From assembly GCF_006345805.1 (NCBI RefSeq), contig NC_043000.1, positions 20,026,001 to 20,090,000 on the forward strand: a DNA stretch of 64,000 nt, written 5' to 3'. Positions 12,345-26,077 of the stretch are shown piece by piece. How positions within the stretch are numbered: position 1 is the first letter of the stretch; the number at the start of each line of letters is the position of its first letter. Below the pieces are notes generated by a model. That model did not search any database, had not been told where the DNA came from, and saw only the letters and a list, made by a program, of their open reading frames with translations. This DNA comes from Octopus sinensis (taxonomy: Eukaryota). Position numbers and translations under genes: made by a program.

Positions 12345-12600
12345 AGAATGCCGTGGTTTGGTCATGTCTGCAGGGTGAGCACCAGAAGACTACTACACCA
12401 ACTTTTGAGGCTTCAGCGACCCAAGCCCTGAAGAATCTAGCACTATCTGCCAAAGGGAAAATGGGCGAAAAACTTTGAGGAAGTCTTGCAGTCGCAGTGC
12501 CTTGACGCCAAACATGCTTAGGCCAGCGCCATGGATTGGAAAACTTGGAATTACATCATCACCAGAGTCCGTCATCCAACGGCACACACAACAGTGGTAT
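12345..12600 (+). mobile_element. RTE-like LINE C-terminal fragment
   Basis: MPWFGHVCR..RPK..W and AMDWKTW resemble the RTE ORF C-terminus. Confidence 0.55.
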
Positions 12601-12797
12601 TGGTTGGGAAGACAGCCTCCCCCCCCCCAGCTGACAGAGAAGGATTTTACTTACTTATTGCTGGAAACCGAGTTTGTAGCAGCACGGTATTGAGAGGAGC
12701 GGAGAATCAAAGAGTTGGACGTTACTGTGGATACTAACTACATTCTCTCATTCATTTCTAAGCAGTCTTTCATTCGGAGCCTATTTACGTTTCATCA

Positions 12798-13180
12798 GGA
12801 GGCGCAATGGCCCAGTGGTTAGGGCAGCGGACTCGCGGTCATAGGATCGCGGTTTCGATTCCCAGACCGGGCGTTGTGAGTGTTTATTGAGCGAAAACAC
12901 CTAAAGCTCCACGAGGCTCCGGCAGGGATGGTGGTGATCCCTGCTGTACTCTTTCACCACAACTTTCTCTCACTCTTACTTCCTGTTTCTGTTGTACCTG
13001 TATTTCAAAGGGCCGGCCTTGTCACACTCTGTGTCACGCTGAATATCCCCGAGAACTACGTTAAGGGTACACGTGTCTGTGGAGTGCTCAGCCACTTACA
13101 CGTTAATTTCACGAGCAGGTTGTTCCGTTGATTCGGATCAACCGGAACCCTCGTCGTCGTAACCGACGGAGTGCTTCCAC
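12798..13180 (+). mobile_element. tRNA-derived SINE S1, full length
   Basis: A-box tggcccagtgg and B-box ggtttcgattcc; 10-bp TSD acgtttcatc (12787 and 13181). Confidence 0.92.
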
Positions 13181-13419
13181 ACGTTTCATCGGCGGGGCAA
13201 TTTATATTCAGCTTGTGACTCCCGTGATGTACGCAGCTTTCTTTCTTCAGAAATTTATTGCTATTCAATGAATAAAGATTAGGGATCCAAGCAGAATTGT
13301 GATAATCTCTAAAGGATCTAGTGAATTATTTGTATACCAATGTTGATTGCTTTTGCTGGCCAAATATTCGTGCACGCAAAATCTTTATGTACGTTTCTTT
13401 ATTGTCATTTATCTCTTGC

Positions 13420-13580
13420 TTGTTTCAGTCATTCGACAGCGGCCATACTGGAGCACCGCCTTAACGGATTTAGTCGAACAAATCGATCTCAGTACTTGCT
13501 TTTAAGTGTCTCACTTATTTTATCAGTCTTTGTTGTCAAACCGCTAATTGACGGTACAAAACAAACCAACAATGGTTGCT
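13420..13580 (-). mobile_element. SINE S2, 3' fragment (degenerate)
   Basis: cttgtttcagtcattcgacagcggccatactggagcaccgcc matches the S2 tail. Confidence 0.6.
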
Positions 13581-13611
13581 AAGTGGTCAAGTAGGTACAA
13601 CCCCCACACAT

Positions 13612-13708
13612 ACGTACGTACATACATACATACATACATACATACATACATACATACATACATACATACATACACACATACATACATACATACATACATA
13701 CATACATA
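13612..13708. repeat. (TACA)n microsatellite
   Basis: Direct reading. Confidence 0.95.
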
Positions 13709-13799
13709 AATACTTAGGAACTTGATAAGAGGTATGAAATAAGAACTGATACAGATTCTCCCCCCAAGAAACATTGAGAAAAATAAACAAAAATAAAAA

Positions 13800-14520
13800 A
13801 AAATGGACTAGTTCACTGAGAAGATAGAACAGGGGTACTTAGCACGTAAACCACAAGCCATAGAAGGAATTGATCATGTCAAAAGTTTGACGTGAAGTAC
13901 CAACAAGTTTATGACATCCCACTTTGAATGTTACATCCATGCAATCCAAGAACAAGGGGTCCCCACGAAGTACTTATAGCATAAAAGGCAGAAAACGTTG
14001 ACAGACAACAAATGTAAGCTTTGCGAGACCAAGACTGCAGACATCAACCACATTATTGCCAACTGTGGGAGAATGTGTTCCAGATATTTTTTTCCATGAA
14101 GCATAAAGCGGTGTCCAGAACAATCTGGAAAAGGATAACAAAAAAGAAAATACCAACAAATTAAGTTGACGATGCTGATACCCATAGGTCAAAAGAATAT
14201 TGGTTGAGCTTAAAAATTAAAACAGTCACTAGGTTAAACATAACCGGCTAGAACTACAAAGAAAAGATATATTCTGTTGTGGAAATCAGCTGCCCGCTGG
14301 ACACCAATGTCGTGAGAAAAATACAAGAGAAAAAGGACATCGATGGACCAATGATATGATGTTTATAAATCCAGTACCCAAAATACACTTACAGCATAAT
14401 ACATATTATTATTGGAACAAAAGAATACATAACAGCTCGTCTGGAGCAAAGTATAACTGAACTCGGGATCTTGGGGAGAGAATGTAAATTCTTAATTCAT
14501 GGTTAAAATTTATTCTAAAA
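13800..14520 (+). mobile_element. R4/Dong-like RLE LINE, 3' fragment (degenerate)
   Basis: TSHFECYIHAIQEQ..TKYL, CKLC..DINHIIANC and VVEISCPLDTN; same type as 43960-44450. Confidence 0.7.
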
Positions 14521-14861
14521 TTAAAATGACAGAGAAGAACATATATACAAGCATGTATGTATGTATACGACAGACTTCCATACAATTTCCACCTACCATA
14601 TTCACAGACACAAGTCATTGGACGACCCGAGTAGAGGACATTTGGGCAAAGTTCCACCCAGTGGAACTGAACCCGAATTCTTCATGTTTGTTACAGTATT
14701 GGAGTCGTGATGCACGCTGAGTCTGTGAAATGGTGATAGGTTATGCATGTGATGTCATCTGCGCATACATAATAAGCTGTGCCTGTATATGCTTTAAGAA
14801 CACGTTGGCAGACAGGTTGGGCAATAATTAACAAACAAACGTGGCTATATAACACTATATA

Positions 14862-15251
14862 GTGGAGGCGCAATGGCCCAGTGGTTAGGGCAGCGGACTC
14901 GCGGTCATAGGATCGCGGTTTCGATTCCCAGACCGGGTGTTGTGAGTGTTTATTGAGCGAAAACACCTAAAGCTCCGCGAGGCTCCGGCAGGGGATGGTG
15001 GTGATCCCTGCTGTACTCTTTCACCACAACTTTCTCTCACTCTTACTTCCTGTTTCTGTTGTACCTGTATTTCAAGGGGCCGGTCTTGTCACTCTCTGTG
15101 TCAGGCTGAATATCCCCGAGAACTACGTTAAGGGTGCACGTGTCTGTGGAGTGCTCAGCCACTTACACGTTAATTTCACGAGCAGGCTGTTCCGTTGATT
15201 CGGATCAACCGGAACCCTCGTCGTCGTAACCGACGGAGTGCTTCCAAATCC
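14862..15251 (+). mobile_element. SINE S1, full length
   Basis: Near-identical to the 12798 copy; 13-bp TSD ataacactatata (14849 and 15252). Confidence 0.93.
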
Positions 15252-15889
15252 ATAACACTATATAAACGTGGGCGATATAACGGATCCTTGCCAAACACCG
15301 TCGTTGTTATTTAACACTCGTCTAAATTTGATCAAGCTGTTATTGTTTGTGGTAAGCGTTTACTGATGTTGCTCATTGTGGCTGAATGTTATTTTATCAT
15401 TAATGATCATCAATTGAAGTCAATATTTTTGTTGTTAGCTATCAGTGTTATTGTTGCAGCTGCTGTTGTTGTTGTAGCGATGTTGGTGGCAGTATTGGAG
15501 GTGGTGAAAGTGGTGGTGGTGGTTGTTTATACTACTATTGTTGCGATTGGTGTTTATGTTTTCCGCTGTTGCTGTTGTTGTTGTTGTTACTGCTATTGTT
15601 ATCTTCGATTCTTTAGAAGCAAAGATCTTTCCATTTGCTTAGATTCACTTCAAAGCTTCTGTCTCCTTCCGTCTCTCAGGAATATATCCTCACCCTCTTT
15701 TCTTGATTCTCCCCCCTTTTTTTCTCTCTATTTCAAGTCCCTTTCTGTCTTTCTCTCCGATATGTAAACGTATATATACTATAAACATAAATATATGTAT
15801 TTTTGTATAAATGTATGTATGTATATACGTACGTATAAAATATGTCTCTACCTATAGGTACATACATGCGTGTGTGTATACATATATCC

Positions 15890-15968
15890 ATACAGAGAGA
15901 GAGAGACAGGGAGAGACAGAGAGAGGAAGATAAAGAGAAAGAAAGGATTTAGCTAGATAAATAAATAG

Positions 15969-16025
<57 letters not shown>

Positions 16026-16060
16026 GACAGGCAGACAGACAGAAAGATAGATAGACAGAC

Positions 16061-16119
<59 letters not shown>

Positions 16120-16136
16120 CAGACAGATAGTTAGAT

Positions 16137-16202
<66 letters not shown>

Positions 16203-16207
16203 TAGAC

Positions 16208-16270
<63 letters not shown>

Positions 16271-16562
16271 GATTATATATTCATATGCGAGTATTTTTGT
16301 GTATATATGTGTGTGTATGTATGCACATCCATACATGCATATAAATATATTACATACATATGCACACACTCACACACACATACATACGTATATAGATGTA
16401 TTAATATATATATATATGTTTAGATACAGACATACACACATACTTATCTGTGTGTCTGTATCTTATCTCTATGTAGCTTTCTAGCTCTGTGTTTACGCAC
16501 AAGTGCATGTGTGCACAAATGTCTTGGTGTGTGTGTGTTAGAGCGAGAGAGAGAGAGAGAGT

Positions 16563-16613
<51 letters not shown>

Positions 16614-16751
16614 CGCACGTACAAATGTGTTTGTGTGGATGCGCGGTGAGATAGTAGAAAAGAGAGAGAATGAGAGGATAAAAAGAGGAATGTTAGAAAG
16701 ACAGAAGCGGAAGAAGCAAACAAGTACTAGCAAAGAAGTGAAGGGAAAGAA

Positions 16752-16783
<32 letters not shown>

Positions 16784-16797
16784 AGAAAGAAAGAATA

Positions 16798-16833
<36 letters not shown>

Positions 16834-17360
16834 AGGAAGGAAGAAAGAAAGAAAGAAGAAAGAAAGGAAAAGAAAAAAGAAAGAAGAAAGAAAGAAAGAA
16901 AGAAGAAAGAAAGAAAGGAAAGAAAGTAAGAAAGAAAGAAAAATGAAGAAAGAAAGAAGGAGGAAGGAAGGCAGGAAGGAAGGAAGGAAGAAAGGAAGGA
17001 AGGAAGACAGAAAGAAGGAAGGAAAAAAAGAATGAAAGAAAGGGAGGAAGAAAGGAAGGAAGGAAAGAAGAATGAAAGAAAGGGAGGAAGAATGAAAGGA
17101 AGGAAGGAAGGAAGAAAGAAGGAAGGAAAGAAGAAAAGAAAGAAAGGGAGGCAGAAAGAATTGAATGAATGAAGGAAGGAAGGAAGGAAGAAATGAAGAA
17201 AGAAAGCAGGAAAGAAAGAAACAAACAAACAAACGAAAGAAAGAAAGAGAAAGAAAGAAATTAAGAAGGAAAGAAAGGAGGAACGAAAGGAGGAACGAAG
17301 GAAAGAAAGAAGAAAGAAGGAAAGAAATTAAGAAAGAAAGAAAGAAAGAAAGAAAACGGA
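15890..17360. repeat. Compound simple-repeat block: (AG)n, (AGAT/AGAC)n, TA/CA-rich and (AAAG/AAGG)n polypurine tract
   Basis: Direct reading; source of the spurious F/S/L- and K/E/R-rich ORFs. Confidence 0.95.
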
Positions 17361-17387
17361 TACTTGAAAAAGAAAAGCAAAATGGTA

Positions 17388-17807
17388 CTCAGGTGTGGCT
17401 GTGTGGTAGGAAGCTTGCTTACCAACAACATGGTTCCGGGTTCAATCCCACTGCGTTGCACCTTGGGCAAGTGTCTTCTACTATAGCCTCGGGCCGACCA
17501 AAGCCTTGTGAGAGGATCTGGTTGACGGAAACTGAAAGAAGCCCGTCGTGTATACGTATGTAGACATATGTATGTATTTGTATGTGCGCGTGCGTGTGTG
17601 TGTGTTTCCCCTTCACCCTGCCATCGCTTGGCAACCGATGTTGGCGTATTTATGTCCCCCGTAACTTAGCGTTTCGGCAAAAGGGACCGATAGAATAAGT
17701 ACCAGATTTACAAAGAATAAGTCCTGGGTTCGACGATTCGCTTAAAACCCTTTAAGGCTGTGCTCCAGCATGGCCGAAGTCGAATGACTGAAACAAATAA
17801 AAGAATA
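17388..17807 (+). mobile_element. tRNA-derived SINE S2 with internal microsatellite
   Basis: Head tggctgtgtgg..gggttcaatccc, internal (TG/TA)n and tail tgactgaaacaaataaaaga. Confidence 0.8.
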
Positions 17808-17893
17808 ACAAAAGCGCTCCATTATGCCAGTCCCCACAGAATCTCCTGTGAATGGCGATAAGTGCACTTTTTAAGGCGAAATCTACAACTGCA

Positions 17894-17894
<1 letters not shown>

Positions 17895-17969
<75 letters not shown>

Positions 17970-18021
17970 GGTTGTGGTGGTGGTAGTTGTAATAGTAGTA
18001 GTAGTAGTAGTGGTGGTGGTG

Positions 18022-18064
<43 letters not shown>

Positions 18065-18248
18065 CAGTAGTCGTAGTACATGATGACATATTTGTCAAAT
18101 ACATCGGGTCTTTTCAGTGATTGTAAAACCGGCAAAGTGTCACCCAGTCACTCCACACTCCCGCAGCAGCTTCTCATATCATATGCTACTGCAATCATTA
18201 CATCATCATCACCATCATCATCATTACCATCATCACCATCATCATCAC

Positions 18249-18286
<38 letters not shown>

Positions 18287-18840
18287 CCATCATCATCACC
18301 ATCATCACCATCATCATCACCATCACCATCATCATCATCATCATCACCATCGTCACCATTTTCATCATTATCGTCGTCGTCGTCATCATCATCATCGTAG
18401 TCGTCATGGTCATCATTATCATGGTTGTTGTCGTCGTCGTCATCATCATCATCATCATCATCATCATCACCATCATCACCATTTTCATCATTATGGTCGT
18501 CGTCGTCATCGTCATCATCATTGTAGTCGACATCGTTGTCGTCATCGTTGTCATGGTCATCTTCGTCGTGGTCATCGTTATCATGGTTGTTGTCGTCGTC
18601 GTCATCGTCATCATCATCCTCATCGTCGTCATCATCATCATCATTGGCAGCATCGTAGTCGTCATCGTTGTCACGGTCATCTTCGTCGTCGATATTGTCA
18701 TCAACGTCGTGGTCATCGTCGTCGTCATCGTCGCCATCGTCTCATCATCATCATCGTCATCATGATCACTACCACTACCACCCCACCACCATCCTCTTCC
18801 CCCTCCTCCTCCTCCTCCTCATCATCATCATCATTATCGA
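17895..18840. repeat. Trinucleotide block: (AGC/AGT/GGT)n followed by (CAT/CAC/CGT)n
   Basis: Direct reading. Confidence 0.95.
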
Positions 18841-19576
18841 TGCTATCTTCATCGTTGTCGTCACCACTGCCTCAGGTTGTAGATTGTACGTAGTCATATA
18901 ACTGTCTAGAAATAACAACCAAATCTTGTGTGGAAATCGATGGTATGTATACGTACGTGTTTCTGTTTGTGTGAGTATGTATGTGTGTGAGTAGGTTTGC
19001 TTGTGTGTGTGCGGCGCATTTTGTATATGTGTCTATCTTTGTGTTGTGTGCGTCGTTGTGTTTGTGCTTCTACCCTCCACCACTTGACAGCCGTTGTTGC
19101 TTTGTTTCTGTCCCTATAACGTAGCGGTTCCGCAAAAATCCCCCATACAAAAAAGTACTAGACCTAAAACTAAGTACAAAGGTCAATTTGTTCGGATAAA
19201 CTCTTCAAAACAGTGCCCCGGTGTGGCCGCAGTCCAGTGACTGAAACAAGCAAATGATAGAAAAAAGATACATTAGATAGTGTAGTTCTAGATATACAAA
19301 AAAGAGGAGATGGTCACTGCTGGATTGCCTTCAATTATAGGCCGATTCCATCAGGGCTCAGCCAAGGCTTAAAAAACAACATAAACAAACATAATATGAG
19401 TAACACTTTGGCTTCAGTCGTTAAACTGCAGCCATGTTAGGGTACTGTCTTGAACGATCCTAGTCCAACAAATCGAACCCACCGCTTGTATTTTTAAAGC
19501 CTGCTACTTATTCTATCGGTCTCTTATGCCGAACCAGGAAATTACGGGGGCGTAAACATATATATATATATATATG

Positions 19577-19673
<97 letters not shown>

Positions 19674-20406
19674 GAGACAACAACCTGCTTATACAGTCTC
19701 CTTCATAAGCTCGTCTTCCTAACGTTCATACTAATTTTTCTATCGTCTTGACTTAACAGTCCTCACCGTTTGTTTTTACTGTTTTGTTCTCACTGCCCTG
19801 TTCTTGTTACCACTTTCACACTCCGCAAAAAATCCCGAATTTTATTTAATTTGCTTTGCGGGAAGGACTGTTTCAACGAAGTCGCATCTTGTCCTTACCT
19901 TCGGAACGCAGAGTAGATGAAACAGGGACAACTGAAGAAGAGGAATATTCTTTATGTTGTATGTCTCATTTCTCAGTTTTTTTTCGTTGTTCGAAAAATA
20001 GTTTTTATGTTTTCGTTTCTCATTGTGTTCAACGTTTTTTCATGTCCTGTACCCATATATGCACGTATATATACATATATATGTAGGTATGTACATATAT
20101 GTATGTATATATGCATATATTTATATATTATTTATATTATATATATATGTGTGTGTCTGTGTGTATGTATACATACATACATATGTGTATGTGTATGTGA
20201 GTGTGTGTATCCTAGTACGCTCCAAGGATCCTGGTATAGGAGGTTAGTAAGCTTCGAGCATGTATACAGCCAGTATAGATGACAAAAGGTGGATATAGGA
20301 GATGAAGATTAACTAAGCAGATTTTATGCGTGTTACAAGTACTGTAACATTGTTTTAGCTATGAAACATTTGTGGTCTCTAACTTTTCCATTCCTTAGAT
20401 TCTCTG

Positions 20407-20440
<34 letters not shown>

Positions 20441-20967
20441 ACGGAGAAAGCACTAAAGCATGGAGAACCAGCTTACATACATTTTGGATAGATTGGTAAA
20501 TTCCGGAATTCTGCGATGCACTAATCATACACTTTAATTAATCCCATATTTGATCGACTATGATTCTATAAAGATAGAGATATTTACGTCCAACCTATCC
20601 TTAGCAATACTATACCACACTCTTTGAAATAGAGAACATTTTAAGGGCGGACGGTGGTAAAACAAATATTTAACCAGTATAAGTAGTAGCGATGTATTTC
20701 AGTGGACCTACTTAGTAATTGTACTTGTCAGATCTTGCTGGAATTGTAATAAGTTACGCATAACAATTCAATCCCATTCATCGTCGACAAACTTCCAACC
20801 CCATTTAAACTATTACTGACCAATTGAAATTTATGGAGGTGTTATGTAAGACCAAGCTGTTCAGTAGATAATTTCAGTTAAATGAGCCTCACTGGACAAG
20901 TTTGATCACAAGTTATAAGAACTCAGTAGAATTTTTAATCCCCTTTTACCTTTGTAATTTTGTATAT

Positions 20968-21009
<42 letters not shown>

Positions 21010-21046
21010 TACATAGATACACACACGCACACACACACACACACAG

Positions 21047-21151
<105 letters not shown>

Positions 21152-21229
21152 CGACAGGCATCTTTCGGTTTCCCTCTAACACATTTGTTAGCGTCCTTTC
21201 TCAGCAGTGTTAACACACCCGGCTTACTG

Positions 21230-22140
21230 AACTAGAAATTCTCCCATTATTCTGCCAGTTGTGATAGGTGTGTGTCAAGAGGTCGCCTAAAATTCATAGT
21301 ACAGACCATACAAACCGGGCGAATTGTCCCTAGCGTATTTCGGTTGCTGTTATTGGCCTTCTGCAGTACCTTGCCTCTTCTGCCGAAAGTCGTGGCAAGC
21401 CGTCAAGGTAAGTATTAGAGTCTCTGACCAATTGTTTACCTTGAGCAGTTGAGCAAATTTCTGTTGGAAGGTCGCATACATCTACTTGAAACCGAATAGC
21501 ACGCATCCATCTTGATCTGTCAAAGACTGAACCGTGACTTTGTTGCCACGTCACACTTCTATCACCCGTACACATCGAACAGCTTTTGGTCCTTCTTGTT
21601 TTAGCTTAAGGGTTCTGGTTCTGACAACGTAGCCTTCGTCTTTCGCATTGAAGAAATTATCGAAGTCCATTTTTGATGCTAGCACGTTGGCTGCGATGTC
21701 ATATCTAATTGCCTCTTCTATTTTATTAAACAGTCCTCCTCCCCACACATGTACCCGGACTTCAATCTATTGCTGTCTAACACTAGCTCTTTATTAAACT
21801 CATATTCAATTGCCCTCTTTAAGCCTCCCAATTTCTTTTCACTTCACCAGCTCGCTTATCTGGTCTCTGTTGTCTTTTTGTGTTGAGGGGAAAAAAGTGT
21901 TCCTTTTCCACTAGAAGGTTCTCTCTCTCCGAGTCCTACTTAAGTTGATTGTGCAGATCATAAATTTGTGATCCATGAAGCCGAGCATTTTGGATTGTAA
22001 ATACTCTACATTATCTCTGTCAGCCAACCAACGAATACTCTAAAAACGATCTGGAAGGTCCATCGTCGTTAGCACATTCGGCAAATCTAGTCGGTACCTG
22101 TCAGACGTTTGGAAACGTCAGAGTTTTTATTTCCCTTTCT
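21230..22140 (-). mobile_element. L1/Tx1-like LINE ORF2 fragment (endonuclease end and linker)
   Basis: DRYRLDLPNV, DHKFMICTINL, EGYVVRTR..EGPK and YLDGLPRLSAEEA..RPITATEIR, with frameshifts; boundaries approximate. Confidence 0.7.
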
Positions 22141-22734
22141 GTGGGTAACCTTATACAACCCCACCATGCATATTAAAAATAGCATTCCAGTCCCCTATTA
22201 GTACTAAAGAACTCGACCTTCCCAGAAAGTTCTCTGGGCATCGAAAGAAGTCTGGTACATTAATACATTTCTCTGAGTGAAATGTTTATTGAAGGAAAAT
22301 AGACGGAGAGAATACTCACATGCATCATTGCAAATGGCAGATGGTCTGAGTTCTTTATATTTAGAAGGGTGTCCCTTGAAAGATCTTTGTAAGAATGTTT
22401 TGGTTATAGTTTTTTCTAAAATTTCCAACACACACTGGAAAGTCATTCAAGAGAGTGTGATAAATTTCACTTGACATTTTTATGGAAAATCTGTCTTTTT
22501 GCGTTTTGAGAATGAATTTTTCAAATTCTTCTCCTTCTGTCGTTATTTCGTGTTAGTAATGTTTCTGACTGTATTCCATCAACTCGTTGTTTTTGTTCAT
22601 AACGGTGAAGTTGATGATGTCTTCTATTTGTGTATTTCGTTGTTTGTTGCTGTCGTTTTTGTTCCTGTTCATTTTGTTGTTGCTGTGCCACTCTAAATTA
22701 TATGCTAGTTCTACTTTCTTTTACTTTCTTTTTT

Positions 22735-22973
22735 TCTTTCTTTTACTTGTTTCAGTCATTTGACTGCGGCCATGCTGGAGCACCGCCTTTAGTCGAGAAA
22801 ATCGACCCCGGGACTTATTCTTTGTAAGCCCAGTACTTATTCTATCGGTCTCTTTTTGCCGAACCGCTAAGTTACGGGGACGTAACACACCAGCATCGAT
22901 TGTCAAGCAATGCTAGGGGCACAAACACAGACACATACATATATAAATATATATATTATATAATATATATATA

Positions 22974-23029
<56 letters not shown>

Positions 23030-23211
23030 CATACATATATATGACAGGCTTCTTTCAGTTTACGTCTACCAAATCCACTCACAAGGCATTGGTCATTGGT
23101 CATTCCGGGGCTATAGCAGAAGACACTTGCCCAAGATACCACGCAGTGGGACTGAACCCGGAACCATGTGGTTCGTAAGCAAGCTACTTACCACACAGCC
23201 ACTCCTGCGCC
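22735..23211 (-). mobile_element. SINE S2, full length
   Basis: Complete head (..actcctgcgcc at 23201-23211), internal (TA)n and tail. Confidence 0.88.
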
Positions 23212-24900
23212 TATATAAGGTTCTTAAAAATCACTAAATTCCCGATCCTAGATATTATCACGTACGTCGATTGTTGACTTAGCAATACATTTATGCAGCA
23301 GACGGACATGTCGTGAGCGAAGAAGGGATCCCCGACAGAAGATGGCCGCGAGGAATCTCTATAGAAATTCAGAACTTAATGATTCCTAATGATCACAAGA
23401 CCATCTTGGAGTTGTATCCAACTTAAGAAACAAAACAAGTTCGCTCAGCTGGTGATACAGGTAGAAGGCTCGGTTACTACCACAGTTTGCATAGCATCTA
23501 CTTTCAAAGTTCCGAGAACGGCTGCAACGGGATCTAGTGAAATCGTGTCGTCCTCAGTACCTTCAGTATGAAGGGATGATGACATCTGAGAAGCCGAGAT
23601 GTCTCCTCTTCTATCATAAACCCGCATGAAACTATGAGTAGCAGAAGTACTAAAATGGTCTTGCAGCGACTGGTGAGCGAGGGTGTTTGGAGATCGGAAA
23701 CAAAGAAAGAGGAAACAAAATAATAGAGTGAACGTGAGTAAATGCACTTCGTGGGAAGATGTCAAAATCCACAGAGTGCCCGAATATGATAGAGATCCGA
23801 CAGGAAAGTGAAGCGTACTGACTCTAGTGATCAGTCTAAAAAAGGACAAATAAAATATTTTGTAGATTGAAGAAGGAAAGGAGGCAAATAACGAGCGAAT
23901 TTATTTATGAAATGTGGTTTCAAAAATCACATCAGAGGTATAACAATAAGGCCAATGTCTTAGACATTGTAGGACTTTTCACAGCTCGGCAGAAACCGAA
24001 ATTATTTAAACGTAGTTTTTGAGGACCCATTTTGCAGCAAGCGATCGGAACGAAAGATAACCTGAGAGGCGTTGAGGCCTTCTGATCCTACATTGTAGCA
24101 GCTTCACATCCTTGTGTGAGTGGGTTACCCTTATTGCAATTGCTTAAATTATATGTTTTTAATATAAAAATTTTTCACCAATCTTTACATATCGTATAAT
24201 CATGCTTCCCACCGCCATTTATTACATACACTAGCAGAAATACTGCCCTCTTTAATAATCTAATATTCAGCTAGTCAAATGATATCTAGACATTTGATTC
24301 CCAGTTTATGTAGTTTCTGTGATGCATTACATCTAATTTAATATAATTTGTTTCTAATCTAATTTAATTTGTATCATTTATCCTTCTAACAGTACTCACA
24401 CTCTCAAAAACTATCTCTTCTATTAATTTAACGCAGTCGTCAGCTTTTTGGAAACAAACTCGGAGATAGTTCATCCTTTACGTGGTTGTTTTTTTTTAAT
24501 ACTAGAAGAAAGGTCACGTGGGCATATTCTGAGATGTATAATATACCAAACAGACATACATACAATCTCACATCTGATGGTTTTTTTTTTTAAAGTATGC
24601 TGGCATAGCCATTTCAAATTACCACTCACCCTCATTCAGCTGATCTCCCGGTAACATGAAATCACGTTCAGATTAAGGTGAGGAACCAGGGATAATTTGA
24701 AATCGATTTCATCCTACCACCTATGATTTCAGGTTATTCCTTGAAATCCTTCCCCCAAATGTTCGTCGCCTTAATGGCAAATTAAGAGTGTATTCTCTGT
24801 GTGCGCATGCGTTGGGCACAAGAGTGTAAACTACAGAGAAAGAGTTCTGAGTGTCCACTTTGATGATTAAAATTGAAAAAGTCGCATTTAAAGCGTATAA

Positions 24901-25135
24901 GTATTTATTTCTTTACCACCCATAAGGGGCTAAACACAGAGGGGACAAACAAGGACAGACAACGGATTAAGTCGATTACATCGACCCCAGTGCATAACTG
25001 GTACTTAATTTATCGACCCCGAAAGGATGAAAGGCAAAGTCGACCTCGGCGGAATTTGAACTCAGAACGTAACGGCAGACGAAATACGGCTACGCATTTC
25101 GCCCGGCGTGCTAACGTTTCTGCCAGCTCGCTGCC
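24901..25135 (-). mobile_element. tRNA-derived SINE S3, full-length monomer
   Basis: TSD ttaaagcgtataa (24888 and 25136); B-box gagttcaaattcc; body ctttgcctttcatcctttcggggtcgataaattaagtaccag resembles the Deu/Nin-type SINE domain (from recall, unverified). Confidence 0.88.
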
Positions 25136-25339
25136 TTAAAGCGTATAAATACTGTTGCGAAAATGCAGCCCCCTGACACGAACACGGCTCCAACAGCTAA
25201 CTCAGTAGCTGCGAAACCGCAGGCTAGCCCAGCAAGCCAACTTGCTTTGAGAGGAAGAAATAGTCTTACTCAGCTATTTTTCTTGTCTAACGTGATTCTT
25301 CGTCGGCCGGGTTCACTTCGCCTGGCCACATCGAATCTG

Positions 25340-25540
25340 TACACCGACTGTTTTCGTAGCCAACTTCACACTGAATGTCTTTTTACTGTTTGTTTACGCT
25401 GCCACTTTCACACTCCGCGTTCTTTTATGTCGCCATCTTTACACTCCGCATTCTTTATATCACCAACTTCACACATCGCGTTCTTTGCGTCATCGACTTC
25501 ACACACCGCGTTCTTGACGTCACCAACTGATACTGCACGT
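25340..25540. repeat. Degenerate ~30-bp minisatellite
   Basis: Units such as tccgcattctttatatcaccaacttcacac, about 6 copies. Confidence 0.75.
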
Positions 25541-25678
25541 TCCTTTACCAGTTCAAATCGTCCTCCTCACAGCAAAGACGCAGAAAATAAAGAAAAAGCT
25601 GCAGCATACTTCAAATTAGTCACGTGATCAACAACGTTATTTCTCCTTCGTAACATTATAATTCTTATATACTGACAA

Positions 25679-26066
25679 GTGGAGGCGCAATGGCCCAGTG
25701 GTTAGGGCAGCGGACTCGCGGTCATAAGATCGCGGTTTCGATTCCCAGACCGGGCATTGTGAGTGTTTATTGAGCGAAAATGCCTAAAGCTCCGCGAGGC
25801 TCCGGCAGGGGATGGTGTGATCCCTGCTGTACTCTTTCACCACAACTTTCTCTCACTCTTACTTCCTGTTTCTGTTGTACCTGTATTTCAAAGGGCCGGC
25901 CTTGTCACTCTCTGTGTCACGCTGAATATCCCCGAGAACTACGTTAAGGGTACACGTGTCTGTGGAGTGCTCAGCCACTTACACGTTAATTTCACGTGCA
26001 GGCTGTTCCGTTGATTCGGATCAACCAGAACCCTCGTCGTCGTAAACGACGGAGTGCTTCCATTCC
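25679..26066 (+). mobile_element. SINE S1, full length
   Basis: 11-bp TSD atatactgaca (25667 and 26067). Confidence 0.93.
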
Positions 26067-26077
26067 ATATACTGACA

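Noticed and set aside
12798-12875. tRNA gene calls on SINE heads (S1, S2, S3)
   Set aside because: A- and B-boxes are present but there is no complete cloverleaf, and each head is fused to a SINE body
12880-13131. Recurrent ORF MFIERKHLKL..VTLNIPENYVKG in several places
   Set aside because: It is a chance frame in SINE S1 with a GTG start and frameshifts among copies, not a gene family
12770-13260. Hammerhead reconstructed across the S1 insertion on the minus strand (CTGAAGA at ~13251, GAAACGTA at the TSD)
   Set aside because: Stem I is only 2 bp and stem II does not close at the core
16401-17563. Long ORFs (up to 275 aa) rich in F/S/L or K/E/R
   Set aside because: They are translations of the (AAAG)n polypurine tract
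19929-20000. CTGAAGA..TCGAAA as a hammerhead
   Set aside because: I could not form stem II or stem III, and there is no UH triplet with a pairing stem I
22204-22260. CTAAAGA..CGAAA with an internal hairpin
   Set aside because: The core is mutated and stems I and III do not pair
25340-25540. CRISPR-like periodicity
   Set aside because: Degenerate contiguous 30-bp units with no unique spacers and no cas genes, in a eukaryotic context
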